The notes beneath the pieces were generated by a model. The model saw only the letters and a list, made by a program, of their open reading frames with translations. It had not been told where the DNA came from and ran no database searches. Made by a program: the position numbers and the translations under genes. From IMG/VR virus record IMGVR_UViG_3300042389_000329, positions 575-64,574 of that record: DNA of 64,000 bases. The stretch is one strand, 5' to 3'. Positions 1-9,941 of this stretch are shown piece by piece (positions within the stretch are counted from its first letter, which is position 1; each line of letters opens with the position of its first letter). Source of the stretch: a virus (taxonomy: Duplodnaviria > Caudoviricetes).

Positions 1-1413
1 AGAAGTTCCAGAGGTTCCAGAGGTTCCAGACGTGGCTGATGTACCCGATGTACCTGTTGTACCAGAAGTTCCTGAAGACCCTGAAGTTCCTGATGTACCA
101 TCAATTCCTGAGCTACCAGAAGTACCTGAGCTACCACTTGTAGCTGAGGTGCCTGACGTACCACTTGTTCCAGTGGTGCCGCTTGATCCACTAGTGCCAT
201 TAATTCCAGACGTACCAGAGGTGCCATTCAACCCTGATGTACCAGATGTACCTGAAGGAGCAGTGAATGTTGTTTGTGCGTAAGAGTAATTACTTATTCC
301 TTCTGTATATAGCGTGATGTTTTGACTTGATGATCCTGTGTGTTCTACATATATTTGACAATATAGTCTGTCTGTAACACTCATTCCAGTTTGAAACAGG
401 AACAGGTCTGTAAAAAACTCTTTTATAACACCAGTTAACATTGACTCAGTGTCAACATTGGTGGTTCCAAGAAGTGTTGCACTTCCTCCTACAGAGTCAC
501 ATTTATATAACTCTACATCCACCTTCAGGTTGTCATTGCTATTTATGGAGAAGTGGGTAACCCACGCCCATAATCCTGAAGGTATACTTATTACTCCTGG
601 AACATTAGAGTCTGTAGCATATGTTGCAAATAGAGTTCTTGTGTTTCCTGGAATACTAGTGGTTATGGTTTGTTCTGCTGCACCTGTTGGAACAGGAGAC
701 CACTGCTTATATGTAGGACTACCAAAAGCACTATTTGTATTAAGTGACTGATTTAGATAGTACACCTGACCACCAGCAATACCATTTTGACCATTCACTC
801 CTGATGTTCCCGAGGTTCCACTGGTGCCTCTTGTACCACTACTACCGCTAGTTCCTGACGTGCCTGTTGTACCAGATGTCCCACTGGTGCCCCTGGTACC
901 ACTAGTACCAGATGTACCTCCTGTACCACTAGTGCCATTTACACCTGATGTTCCACTAGATCCACTAGTTCCTGTGGTTCCGCTAGTACCACTTGTACCT
1001 GTACTGCCACTTGTTCCAGAAGTACCAGACGTACCTGATGTACCTGATATAGATACATTAGCAAAAGCTATGTTTGTTACACCTAGTGAAATAGGGTTTA
1101 CGGTGGTTATGTTAAACCACTGTTGTCCGTTTAAAAGACCATAATTGATGTAGACATAAACACCTGTATAGACATCATCATCCAAAGACATATCCACTGC
1201 TCTGGACCAAACTCCTGCAGCTACTATATAGATACCGTTTTCAGAACCAATGGTTTGATCTTTAACAAGAATTCTATCACCCACTGAAGCAGCATAACCA
1301 TCAATGGTTTGAAGTCCAGACAAAACAATAGGTACTGTAGTGGCAGCATTACAAGGAAGTTTCTGAGGACTTGCCTTCACCTGAGGATATGTACCAATTC
1401 TTGTTATTGGCAT
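1..1413 (-). CDS. Tail/fibre protein with (Gly-Thr-Ser)n repeats, truncated at the window edge (not in ORF track)
   Basis: ATG at 1413 (MPITRIGTYPQVKASPQKLPCNAATTVPIVLSGLQTIDGYAASVGDRILVKDQTIGSENGIY), a typical phage fibre N-terminal domain. It continues with GTS repeats and globular inserts and appears open to position 1. Confidence 0.8.
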   Translation of the reverse strand, partial: MPITRIGTYPQVKASPQKLPCNAATTVPIVLSGLQTIDGYAASVGDRILVKDQTIGSENGIYIVAAGVWSRAVDMSLDDDVYTGVYVYINYGLLNGQQWFNITTVNPISLGVTNIAFANVSISGTSGTSGTSGTSGSTGTSGTSGTTGTSGSSGTSGVNGTSGTGGTSGTSGTRGTSGTSGTTGTSGTSGSSGTRGTSGTSGTSGVNGQNGIAGGQVYYLNQSLNTNSAFGSPTYKQWSPVPTGAAEQTITTSIPGNTRTLFATYATDSNVPGVISIPSGLWAWVTHFSINSNDNLKVDVELYKCDSVGGSATLLGTTNVDTESMLTGVIKEFFTDLFLFQTGMSVTDRLYCQIYVEHTGSSSQNITLYTEGISNYSYAQTTFTAPSGTSGTSGLNGTSGTSGINGTSGSSGTTGTSGTSGTSATSGSSGTSGSSGIDGTSGTSGSSGTSGTTGTSGTSATSGTSGTSGTS

Positions 1414-1450
1414 GACTTATTCATTTAATAATTACAATTATACAGAATAT

Positions 1451-4327
1451 TTAACAACCCCAGTTAGGGTTAACAACAGGAATATAATATGTATTACCAT
1501 TAATTTCTACACAAATCACATCATCAGTAAAAGCTGAAGAAGAGAATATGGGACAGCCTGATGGTGATACATCCCCTAGCTTCCAGGGTTGTGCTGTACA
1601 TCCGCTTGGTGATGCTGTTTTTATAGCTCCGTTCACGCCAAGCTTTGCACCTGGAGATGTTGTGCCTACACCAACATCACCCCCATTAGGATTCAAATAA
1701 AGGTTTCTATACGCTGTTCCCTGATGAACAGGCTGCATTTCTGCATTACCAGATCCATCTATTCCAATTAGCAATTGTTTACCAGTGGAGAATGATTCTT
1801 CTCCAAGAGCTAATATTGAACCAGTGCCTACAACATGGAGTCTGTAGGTGGAAGTGGTTCCGTTAATCACTACATTAGTTCCATTGTCATAAATCTGACT
1901 ATTACCAATTGTACTACCTGATGTAAACTTAGCTACATAATTCGTTGTGCCAGAGAATGTTGGAGAAACACCACTACTACCTGAGGTTCCAGAGGTACCA
2001 TTAGCACCATTTATTCCATTTATTCCACTGGTGCCACTAGTTCCAGACAAACCACTTGTTCCATTTATTCCACTACTACCGCTGGTGCCACTTGTTCCAT
2101 TTACACCATTAAATACCCAAGATATTGTGTAAACACTTCCATTATTTAGGCTTCCGTTGGCTACTAATCCACTAAGATCAATATCCAAATAAGCTCCCTG
2201 ATCAATGATGCTTATTATCTCCCATATACCAATTGTACTATTGTTCCCCACCTCTGTAATTTGTAAATACACAGGGTTGGTAGATGAAATAATAGCTAAA
2301 CCATCCATCCAAACTTTGTAGTCTACTGAATTTGCATCAACGTTATGTATTGATATTTTACTTATGTTACTAATAGTAGTGTCATTAGTAATGAAGTATG
2401 TGGTTCCTGGATTATTAAATGCCGAGTTGGTGCTATCAAATATCCATCTTCCTGAGTTTGATGCATCATTACCACTTGTTCCACCCACACCATCAGTACC
2501 ACTAGTACCGCTAGTACCGCTGGTTCCTGAAGATCCGCTCGATCCACTTGTTCCACTTGACCCACTTGTTCCTCTTGTTCCTGAGGAGCCTGATGTGCCA
2601 CTAGTACCAGTGGTACCAGAGGTTCCAGAAAGTCCAGAGGTTCCAGAACTACCTGAGTTACCAGATGTACCACTAGAACCACTAGTGCCACTAGTCCCTG
2701 TTGTCCCAGAGGTTCCTGTTGTGCCACTCGTTCCGCTGGTTCCTGTAGTTCCTGAAGTGCCAGAAACACCACTTGTTCCAGAGGTTCCTCTTGTTCCACT
2801 ACTACCAGAACTTCCAGATGTCCCTGTTGTTCCAGATGTACCAGCAGTGGCAGATGTACCACTTGTACCCGAGGTACCATCGCTACCATTAGCTCCTGAT
2901 GCCCCAGCCAGATTCACACTCCAAGAGGAATATGTTCCTGCTCCAGTTACATTTGTGGTGTTGAAACTTAGAGATCCAGTTCCACTATTATATGATGTAA
3001 CTGTTGCCTCTTGGTAGTTACTGATGTCATAAACTATGATGATGGGTTGACCCACTGTATAGGCTAAATCAACACCCACAGTGATTGTTCCTGAGTTACC
3101 TGCAGCCTGTAGGGTGTATGATGTACTTGATGTTGTAGCATATCTGTCTCCTGAAATACCAGAAGAACCAGATGTACCTGTAGTGCCTGCAGTGCCCGAT
3201 GTTCCACTAGTGGCACTTGTACCGCTAGTTCCAGATGTTGCAGACGTTCCTGAGGAACCACTAGACCCACTTACACCCGATGTACCAGATGTGCCTCTAG
3301 TTCCCGAAGTTCCTGAGCTACCTGATACACCACTTGATCCACTGGTTCCTGTAGTGCCAGAGGTACCACTGGTAGCGGATGTACCAGAAGTGCCAGAGGT
3401 TCCTCTAGTGCCAGAGGTTCCTGATGTACCGCTTGTAGCAGATGTGCCAGAGGTACCAGAAGTTCCTGTTGTACCAGATACACCCGATGTTCCATTTATA
3501 CCTGATGTGCCAGATGTCCCATTAACTCCCGATGTACCAGAGCTTCCATGTGTACCAGATGTACCGCTGGTTCCAGAGGTGCCTGATGTTCCATATGAAA
3601 ACCCTATGCTTCCGTAGAAAGTTAATAAATCTGAAGCAGTGGGGGCTGGTCTACTAGGAGATATTGTAATAATGTTTCCTGCTAGTGTATAATCCTCTGG
3701 ATTGTCCATCAACTGACCGTTGATGAAAAACTGCTGAGTGATACCTGTTGGAAGTGAGGCTAGTGTAAATGTTTTATTAACCCCATTTTGCACTCCAGAT
3801 ATGGCAATTTCAGTGATGGGGTCTCCAGATAAACCACTAGATCCAGAGGTTCCTGTCGTACCTGATGTACCACTTGAGCCTGACGTACCTGTAGTTCCAC
3901 TGGTTCCCGTTGTACCTGATGTTCCAGAGGTGCCACTTGTACCTGATGTGGTGGCTAATGTGCTAGCAATGTATTCTTCTATTTTCTCAAAGGCCACCTG
4001 AACATTATCGTTCGGGTTAATTCCTGTGTATACAAGTTTGGGTCCTTCGTAGAACACACAGGTGGCATTGAGTATAATGGGGCAAGGGGTGGCTCCACAG
4101 ATAACAGGAGAGCATGATGCTACAGGAGCAACGGATGTAGAGCACGTAGATGTATTAGAAGCAAAAAGCTTCCCTATAAAGGAAGTCTTTTTACCATCAC
4201 CCGTGGTTTCTGTGGCTGGGGCAATTATCCTTTGTTCAGAGCTAAATCTAGACGTGGATGTAGAATGCCCTGAAGTTCCAGAGGAACCAGAGCTTCCATA
4301 ACTTAATATAGAAGGTAATACGTTCAT
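1451..4327 (-). CDS. Tail fibre-like protein with collagen-like (GTS)n segments and globular inserts (958 aa)
   Basis: Long Gly-X-Y runs, N-terminal CVFYEGP..GI...D module, and C-terminal fibre motifs (VGVGTTSPGAKLGVNG; VEINGNTYYIP). Confidence 0.8.
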   Translation of the reverse strand: MNVLPSILSYGSSGSSGTSGHSTSTSRFSSEQRIIAPATETTGDGKKTSFIGKLFASNTSTCSTSVAPVASCSPVICGATPCPIILNATCVFYEGPKLVYTGINPNDNVQVAFEKIEEYIASTLATTSGTSGTSGTSGTTGTSGTTGTSGSSGTSGTTGTSGSSGLSGDPITEIAISGVQNGVNKTFTLASLPTGITQQFFINGQLMDNPEDYTLAGNIITISPSRPAPTASDLLTFYGSIGFSYGTSGTSGTSGTSGTHGSSGTSGVNGTSGTSGINGTSGVSGTTGTSGTSGTSATSGTSGTSGTRGTSGTSGTSATSGTSGTTGTSGSSGVSGSSGTSGTRGTSGTSGVSGSSGSSGTSATSGTSGTSATSGTSGTAGTTGTSGSSGISGDRYATTSSTSYTLQAAGNSGTITVGVDLAYTVGQPIIIVYDISNYQEATVTSYNSGTGSLSFNTTNVTGAGTYSSWSVNLAGASGANGSDGTSGTSGTSATAGTSGTTGTSGSSGSSGTRGTSGTSGVSGTSGTTGTSGTSGTTGTSGTTGTSGTSGSSGTSGNSGSSGTSGLSGTSGTTGTSGTSGSSGTRGTSGSSGTSGSSGSSGTSGTSGTSGTDGVGGTSGNDASNSGRWIFDSTNSAFNNPGTTYFITNDTTISNISKISIHNVDANSVDYKVWMDGLAIISSTNPVYLQITEVGNNSTIGIWEIISIIDQGAYLDIDLSGLVANGSLNNGSVYTISWVFNGVNGTSGTSGSSGINGTSGLSGTSGTSGINGINGANGTSGTSGSSGVSPTFSGTTNYVAKFTSGSTIGNSQIYDNGTNVVINGTTSTYRLHVVGTGSILALGEESFSTGKQLLIGIDGSGNAEMQPVHQGTAYRNLYLNPNGGDVGVGTTSPGAKLGVNGAIKTASPSGCTAQPWKLGDVSPSGCPIFSSSAFTDDVICVEINGNTYYIPVVNPNWGC

Positions 4328-4335
4328 TTCTTAGA

Positions 4336-4731
4336 TTAGTGTACGATTTTCAATACATCTCCTGTGCGATAGACATCCCCTGAGAGTAGGCCACCTGCTA
4401 TAGCAGCAGCATTATCAGCAAACTGAGGAGCTCCTGTGTAGGGTATGGAAAGGACAATCTTCCAATCCAAGGCACCTGTACCTGTTGTTTGGGCATAGTA
4501 GAGGTTCTTAGCTCCTCCTGTTCTTACATAGAACTGGCCTAAATAGATGGCAGCAGCTGTAGGAGCTCCAGATCCTGACTGGGGGGCTAGATTGGTGTTT
4601 ATCTTACCTAACGCAACCTCCAGAGAATCAAGGGGATTGATGTCAGCATTAGCAAGATAGGGGCCATTATAGAGAACACATAGAGCGTTCTCAAATGTGG
4701 CACATGTGGGGCAAATTGCAGCGGTTCTCAT
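4336..4731 (-). CDS. Small fibre/adaptor structural protein (131 aa)
   Basis: CPTC..CVLYNGP module shared with other fibres. C-terminal FADNAAAIAGGL..GDVYRTG motif. Confidence 0.65.
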   Translation of the reverse strand: MRTAAICPTCATFENALCVLYNGPYLANADINPLDSLEVALGKINTNLAPQSGSGAPTAAAIYLGQFYVRTGGAKNLYYAQTTGTGALDWKIVLSIPYTGAPQFADNAAAIAGGLLSGDVYRTGDVLKIVH

Positions 4732-4737
4732 AGCGAG

Positions 4738-4767
4738 CGAAATTAGTTATTAGTTATTAATATTCAA
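4738..4767 (-). promoter_or_regulatory. Bacteroidota-type primary sigma promoter (TTG-N19-TAATTTCG)
   Basis: Near-consensus -33/-7 elements with correct spacing immediately upstream of the 4731 start. Confidence 0.5.
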
Positions 4768-4801
4768 TAAGTTGTACGAAAAATAAAACATAATATAGCA
4801 A

Positions 4802-7800
4802 TTACCTGATACTGCTTTCCTTCTGGATGGTAATGTCCATTTCTTTAGCAAAGTCTTCGCTTAGAATAGCACCATAGGTGAGAGCACTTTTAAGAATAGG
4901 AGCAGCTTTCATAGCGTATTTTACAGGCTTAGCATCTTTCACAACCTCCTCGTAAGATTTAGTGGGGTCTGAAAGGTCAAGACCCGTGGTCTCTAACCAG
5001 AAGTGCGTAGCAAATTTGAGCTGGTCATTCACTAATCCAATAGCTGGGAACATATTACCGCTAAGAATTTTTTCAAACTCAAGAGGATTATAGAAGAAAG
5101 ATAGCTCACTTACAAACTTGTCCACAATCCTTTGGGAGAAGCGGAAGAAGTTCTTGGTTGCTCTATCCTCATCATCATCAGGTGCCATAAACTTCAGGGC
5201 TAGTGCAGCTCCAAGTAAGGCCCCTAAAAGCTGAAGCTCTCTAATCTGGTTCCTAAGACTATCCCTCATCATATCCATAAAGTCTTCTCTGGACATGGTG
5301 AATCTCTCGCCTGTTCTTGTTTTGTACTTTTTGGCATACTCTAGATAGAGCTCATCTAGTGCATTTATACCTCTATCAGTAGCATTTATAATATCAGATA
5401 GGGTGGTAGCTTTGTCTCTGAAGGATTTCATCCAAACATAAGCCAATGCTCTCATCCTACCAATCTCATATCTTTGACCTTCTGCTATACCATCCTCATT
5501 AATAGTCACTGTGAAGTCATCTGTTACACGTTTAAGTTCAGTGAAACGTGTAGCAAAAAGCTTTGGAATCCATCCCTTGAACACCATGGCTGCTCTTAAC
5601 CAAGCATTCATTTGAGCCTGACTTACGTTCCCATCAGATGTACCACCCATTGCGTTTCTTGAAGTGGTCCTAGCAAGATTTGTTAACTTTTGAATTTCTT
5701 CTCTATTACTTAAATCTAGTCCAGGGATTTCAAGTTTACCATCTACAATCTTTTTAGTGGCCCAGATAGATTGAGTCTTCTTCATCTCTTCAATCTCCTT
5801 GTTAATCAAGGGGTCCATCTCAGCAAACTTAGATCCAGAATTGTATCTGTCCTTATATTTGTTTCTTACAAATGCAGGGATGTTTACTATTTTACCATTC
5901 TTGACAAAACTGTTTTCAAGAAGTGTAAGGAAAACAGACTTCTCCATCATCATCTCAGGATAACTCATTGTTATCATGAGTGTGTCTCCAACATTAACAT
6001 TAGTGAGCTTACTCATCCCAGCCTTCTTATACAACTCACGAGAGGGGTCATCTTTCAAAGGCATGAAAAGATTTATCATTTCTACAAACGCTGTCTTCTC
6101 ATCGTTGTTTTCAAACTCAAGAGAGGCTATCTTTCTAAAGTTCTTCTTATACTCAGGAAACTTGAAATAGAAACCTGATTGAGCAGCAAGCTGACGCGTA
6201 CCACCAAAAAGGTTCACAAGTCCTGGTATCATTTCAAATCCTAATGTTTTAATTTGAAACCCTCTGTTAGCAGCATCCATTGTTTCCAATAGTGATATGG
6301 CAGTGGGATTCTCATCAATGGTGTACACAGTTCTACCAGCCACTTTGTTGATAGCATTCTTTATAAAGTTCTTTACATTTCCTATAGGAATTGCTGTATC
6401 TGTAGCTGATGTAACATTTTTTTGACCATAAAACAATACCTTCATATAGTTTTCAAAGAGCTTGGCATTCTCTTTATTTCCTTTCTCTTCAATAGGCTCA
6501 CCATTATCATCAAGGATTACATTTCCAAGATTGTCTGTAGCGTAGTGATTTTTAAACTCCTCAATAGTTTTTACTAGTTTAACCTGACCCTCCGCTTCAG
6601 TTAAGTACTTATAATTATATACGTGTTGTACATACAGGATAAGGTTCTTAAATATATCTTCACTTACATCAGAATAGTCATTAACACCATCTTCACCACG
6701 CGTGAAGTCATAGGTATAGTATTTAGGAACAGCATTCTTCATTTCTCCAGTGATCTGGTCAATAGCTCCACGTCCTATAGCATCAGGTCTGATAATAAGG
6801 TTGTCTCCAAATCTGCTGATTGCAGAAAGAACATTCTCCCATGCTAGCCCCTCAGCCATAGTTTTCCTTACAAAGGGAAGGAATGTCTTGGTTACATTGT
6901 TTTCAATATAACCCACCTCTGTAGCTATTTCATTAAAGTCACTAATAAAGTTGTACAGTTCAAGAAGATCAGGATCTTTACTTATCTCTTTATATTCTTC
7001 AGAGTACCATTTTGGAAGAGGATACCTCTTAACTAAATAGTTATCACCCCCGTTAAAGTCTATTCTAGTGATGTCATATTGACGATACACTTGTTCAATG
7101 TACTTCTTTCTCTGAGCCTCCACCTCCTTCTTATCTCCAGGCAGGCTCTCTTTTTTAATCTGGTCTATCCTCATTTTGATAACCTTCTTTGCTTCAGCCA
7201 TGTAGGCATCCACATCAATGTTGTCAAGCAACCATCTTCTATCTCCTCCTTGTAAGTGTTTGTTATCAACCTCTTTGCGAAAGTCACCGCTAAACTTAAA
7301 CACTAGCTTATTTACCTTTTTATCCTTATCATCCTTTTGATAAATCCTATTAATGGATTCTTTAGGATCGCCTCCTTTCTTCATAATCCTTTCACGAATA
7401 TCCATTATCTGCTTCACCTTAGCAAGTGCGTCCTGAGCAGCATTTCCTAAAGCAGCCCTGTTAACTTTATAAAGAATTTCTAAAGAAGGAAGAGGAATTT
7501 CAGATATACCCTGGAAGAAAGAACCCATACCTTTAACCACTCGCTTGGGATCTAAAAGCCCTGTGGTGGTATTTCTTTGTCCGATATGTTTGTCAGCAAA
7601 AGCCATCGTTGCTTTCTTTATGGCCTTTGATGAACGATAGATAGCACTAGACTCATCAGCTAATTTCTTAGCAAGCTGTTTCCTTTCTTTAATTTCTTCC
7701 TTCTGAGCTTTAGTTTTTGCAGATGCTTCCATCTCCTCAGAATAGATAAGCTCTCCTATATCATTACTCACTCCAGCAAAGATTGAGGCAAGCTCCATAT

Positions 7801-9937
7801 AGTTACGTGCGTCATCTGAAAAGTCAGATAGAGCCCTGTTATCTTTATCTCTTGAGGTGGCAGGCATGTCTTTATAAATGGTTTCGTACTCATTTAATAT
7901 CCTGTCACCTTCTCTTCTCATCACCTCGATGGTATCAATAAGAGGAGAGATGTTACTAGTTGCTTGTATTATACGGATGGTTTGTCTAAGAATATTTAAA
8001 CGTTCTCTTTTAAACTCTCTTTCTTCTTCCGTAACAGTTTCTTCTGATATTCTATCTAATAGAGCATATAGTTTAGAAATCAATATGTCTAGCTCTTCCT
8101 CTCCTGTAGACTCTGTTTTCTCAGGAACAGGAGTGAGACGAAGATCCTCAATTTGAGAGGGGTCTGCAGAACCTGCAACAATACCACCTAGTTTAAATCC
8201 TAAATCAGGATTGAACTTGTTCTTTAATTTGAACTCCATTAGGAAAGGAATGGCTCTTGTCATTCCAAAGTCTTTCACACCATATACATCTTTTAGAATT
8301 TGCTTATATCTTCCAAGCTGTATATTATATGCTTCTTGTTTGTACCAAGCCACATCTGTTCTTTCCTTATTAATGTACATAAACTTCCAGTCCAGAATGT
8401 GCACCTTTCCTGAAGGTTCTATTGCCATAAAGTCCAACGTTCCAGCTTCATCCTCAGCAGGATCATAGATTACTTGTTCAGATAGAATCAATGTATCTTT
8501 TGGAAACATTTTAATGAGGTCCATGTAATACTTCTCCAGCTTATCATAAACCGCATCCATTGTACTATCATTAATTACAGGACGCTTATCAGCTTTGTTT
8601 TTCTTCATCCCGTTAGGTTCGTAGAACCTACCGTGTATGTCTTGAAGCAGTGCGTGCGAGTCAACACCTATCTCTCTTTTTAGCTCATTGAACTTCTTCT
8701 CTTCTTCTGTAAAGGTTTTGTTTCTAAACTTTTCAGCATACCAATCTTTTACACGGTCAGTCACCCTGTTTGCAGCACGTCTAATAGCTCCGTTTGGAAG
8801 AATAACATCGTACCAATTAGAAGCCTCTTCTGTGTCTTGAAGAATAGGATCAACCTTCTCACCACTCTCAGTCTTAATAATTGTATCGCGTGTGATAGCA
8901 AGCTTGTCCATCAAACTTTCCTGAGGATCAGTTACCTTCTGAAGGAAGACATCTCTAGTTTGGATGTTTGTAACATCCCCAGATATGTCCCCTTTTGCAA
9001 TGCTCTCAGCTGCTCTTTCAAATATGTCAACGTTAGAAGACTTAAACCATCCTCTAATCTTGTCCATCACTCTATTCCAAGTGTTCCTCACCCAAGACCT
9101 ATTGGTCTCCTCTCTAAGTTCTGGAAACTCTGTGTCCCCATCATTATCTTTAATGATTAACTCAGTGATCAACTTGTCAACAGCCTCCTTCTTTATCTTA
9201 CGAATGTTAGGCTTGCCATTAGGAAGTTGGTAGCGTTTGTCGTTTTTATATGCGTCTAGTGTTTTTTGGTAAATCTTGAACCTATCAATCTTGGAAATCA
9301 TCTCTGTCATCATTCTAGGTTCCACCTGTTCTATAATTGCTGTAGTAATGTGCACCATCTCTTCAACAAGAGCTCTATCTTCTTTACCTTCAGCTATGGC
9401 AACAATACCATGGATAAGGTCAGCCAGTCCATTTATAGAAGTGACATCATAGTTTTGCTCCTTAGCATATTTGCTAAGTGATTGAAAATCAATACCTATC
9501 TTCTTACCAGCTTCCAGCACTCTTTTGATTGTCTCTTCAGATGCTCTAGAAGAAGGTAGTCCCTCAAGCTGATTATAGATATCAATAGGAGACTCTCCTT
9601 TGTAGAGTTCATCTATCTGTCTTTGGAAGTATAAACCAATAGGTTCCCTACTCTCATAAATACCAAGCTCTTTTCTTTTGTCGTCTATTTGTTTAAATGC
9701 TTCTGGATTACCCACAACATACCACTCATCCCCCATCTTTTCTTTTGTAAACAAGGGTAGTTTTACATTGTAGTTAAAGGATGCATCTGCATTCATCTTG
9801 TTCACCACCTCATCAAACTTTCCCATGGTGGATACAATTCTTCTAATCCCATCAACATCAGGAATCACTCCCTCGTTAATAAGTGTTTGTCTAGCATTTA
9901 ATGATGCTTCCTTGTGTTTTAAGATGTTGCAATTCAT
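4802..9937 (-). CDS. Large ejected cargo protein: degenerate zincin + PD-(D/E)xK nuclease + helical C-terminal region (1711 aa)
   Basis: VEEMVH (degenerate HExxH). RecB/Cas4-like motifs IGVDSH...SEQVIYD..AGTLD...ILDWK...YNIQLGRY. Hydrophobic helix LQLLGALLGAALAL. Lies after the RNAP. Confidence 0.75.
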   Translation of the reverse strand: MNCNILKHKEASLNARQTLINEGVIPDVDGIRRIVSTMGKFDEVVNKMNADASFNYNVKLPLFTKEKMGDEWYVVGNPEAFKQIDDKRKELGIYESREPIGLYFQRQIDELYKGESPIDIYNQLEGLPSSRASEETIKRVLEAGKKIGIDFQSLSKYAKEQNYDVTSINGLADLIHGIVAIAEGKEDRALVEEMVHITTAIIEQVEPRMMTEMISKIDRFKIYQKTLDAYKNDKRYQLPNGKPNIRKIKKEAVDKLITELIIKDNDGDTEFPELREETNRSWVRNTWNRVMDKIRGWFKSSNVDIFERAAESIAKGDISGDVTNIQTRDVFLQKVTDPQESLMDKLAITRDTIIKTESGEKVDPILQDTEEASNWYDVILPNGAIRRAANRVTDRVKDWYAEKFRNKTFTEEEKKFNELKREIGVDSHALLQDIHGRFYEPNGMKKNKADKRPVINDSTMDAVYDKLEKYYMDLIKMFPKDTLILSEQVIYDPAEDEAGTLDFMAIEPSGKVHILDWKFMYINKERTDVAWYKQEAYNIQLGRYKQILKDVYGVKDFGMTRAIPFLMEFKLKNKFNPDLGFKLGGIVAGSADPSQIEDLRLTPVPEKTESTGEEELDILISKLYALLDRISEETVTEEEREFKRERLNILRQTIRIIQATSNISPLIDTIEVMRREGDRILNEYETIYKDMPATSRDKDNRALSDFSDDARNYMELASIFAGVSNDIGELIYSEEMEASAKTKAQKEEIKERKQLAKKLADESSAIYRSSKAIKKATMAFADKHIGQRNTTTGLLDPKRVVKGMGSFFQGISEIPLPSLEILYKVNRAALGNAAQDALAKVKQIMDIRERIMKKGGDPKESINRIYQKDDKDKKVNKLVFKFSGDFRKEVDNKHLQGGDRRWLLDNIDVDAYMAEAKKVIKMRIDQIKKESLPGDKKEVEAQRKKYIEQVYRQYDITRIDFNGGDNYLVKRYPLPKWYSEEYKEISKDPDLLELYNFISDFNEIATEVGYIENNVTKTFLPFVRKTMAEGLAWENVLSAISRFGDNLIIRPDAIGRGAIDQITGEMKNAVPKYYTYDFTRGEDGVNDYSDVSEDIFKNLILYVQHVYNYKYLTEAEGQVKLVKTIEEFKNHYATDNLGNVILDDNGEPIEEKGNKENAKLFENYMKVLFYGQKNVTSATDTAIPIGNVKNFIKNAINKVAGRTVYTIDENPTAISLLETMDAANRGFQIKTLGFEMIPGLVNLFGGTRQLAAQSGFYFKFPEYKKNFRKIASLEFENNDEKTAFVEMINLFMPLKDDPSRELYKKAGMSKLTNVNVGDTLMITMSYPEMMMEKSVFLTLLENSFVKNGKIVNIPAFVRNKYKDRYNSGSKFAEMDPLINKEIEEMKKTQSIWATKKIVDGKLEIPGLDLSNREEIQKLTNLARTTSRNAMGGTSDGNVSQAQMNAWLRAAMVFKGWIPKLFATRFTELKRVTDDFTVTINEDGIAEGQRYEIGRMRALAYVWMKSFRDKATTLSDIINATDRGINALDELYLEYAKKYKTRTGERFTMSREDFMDMMRDSLRNQIRELQLLGALLGAALALKFMAPDDDEDRATKNFFRFSQRIVDKFVSELSFFYNPLEFEKILSGNMFPAIGLVNDQLKFATHFWLETTGLDLSDPTKSYEEVVKDAKPVKYAMKAAPILKSALTYGAILSEDFAKEMDITIQKESSIR

Positions 9938-9941
9938 AATG

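Noticed and set aside
32-4301. Plus-strand ORFs rich in VP/LVP/DVP repeats, and alternative-frame minus ORFs
   Set aside because: These are antisense or frame shadows of the (GTS)n fibre genes; repeats lacking stop codons create them.
1-4731. Diversity-generating retroelement acting on the fibres
   Set aside because: No reverse transcriptase and no template/variable repeat pair differing at adenines in this window.
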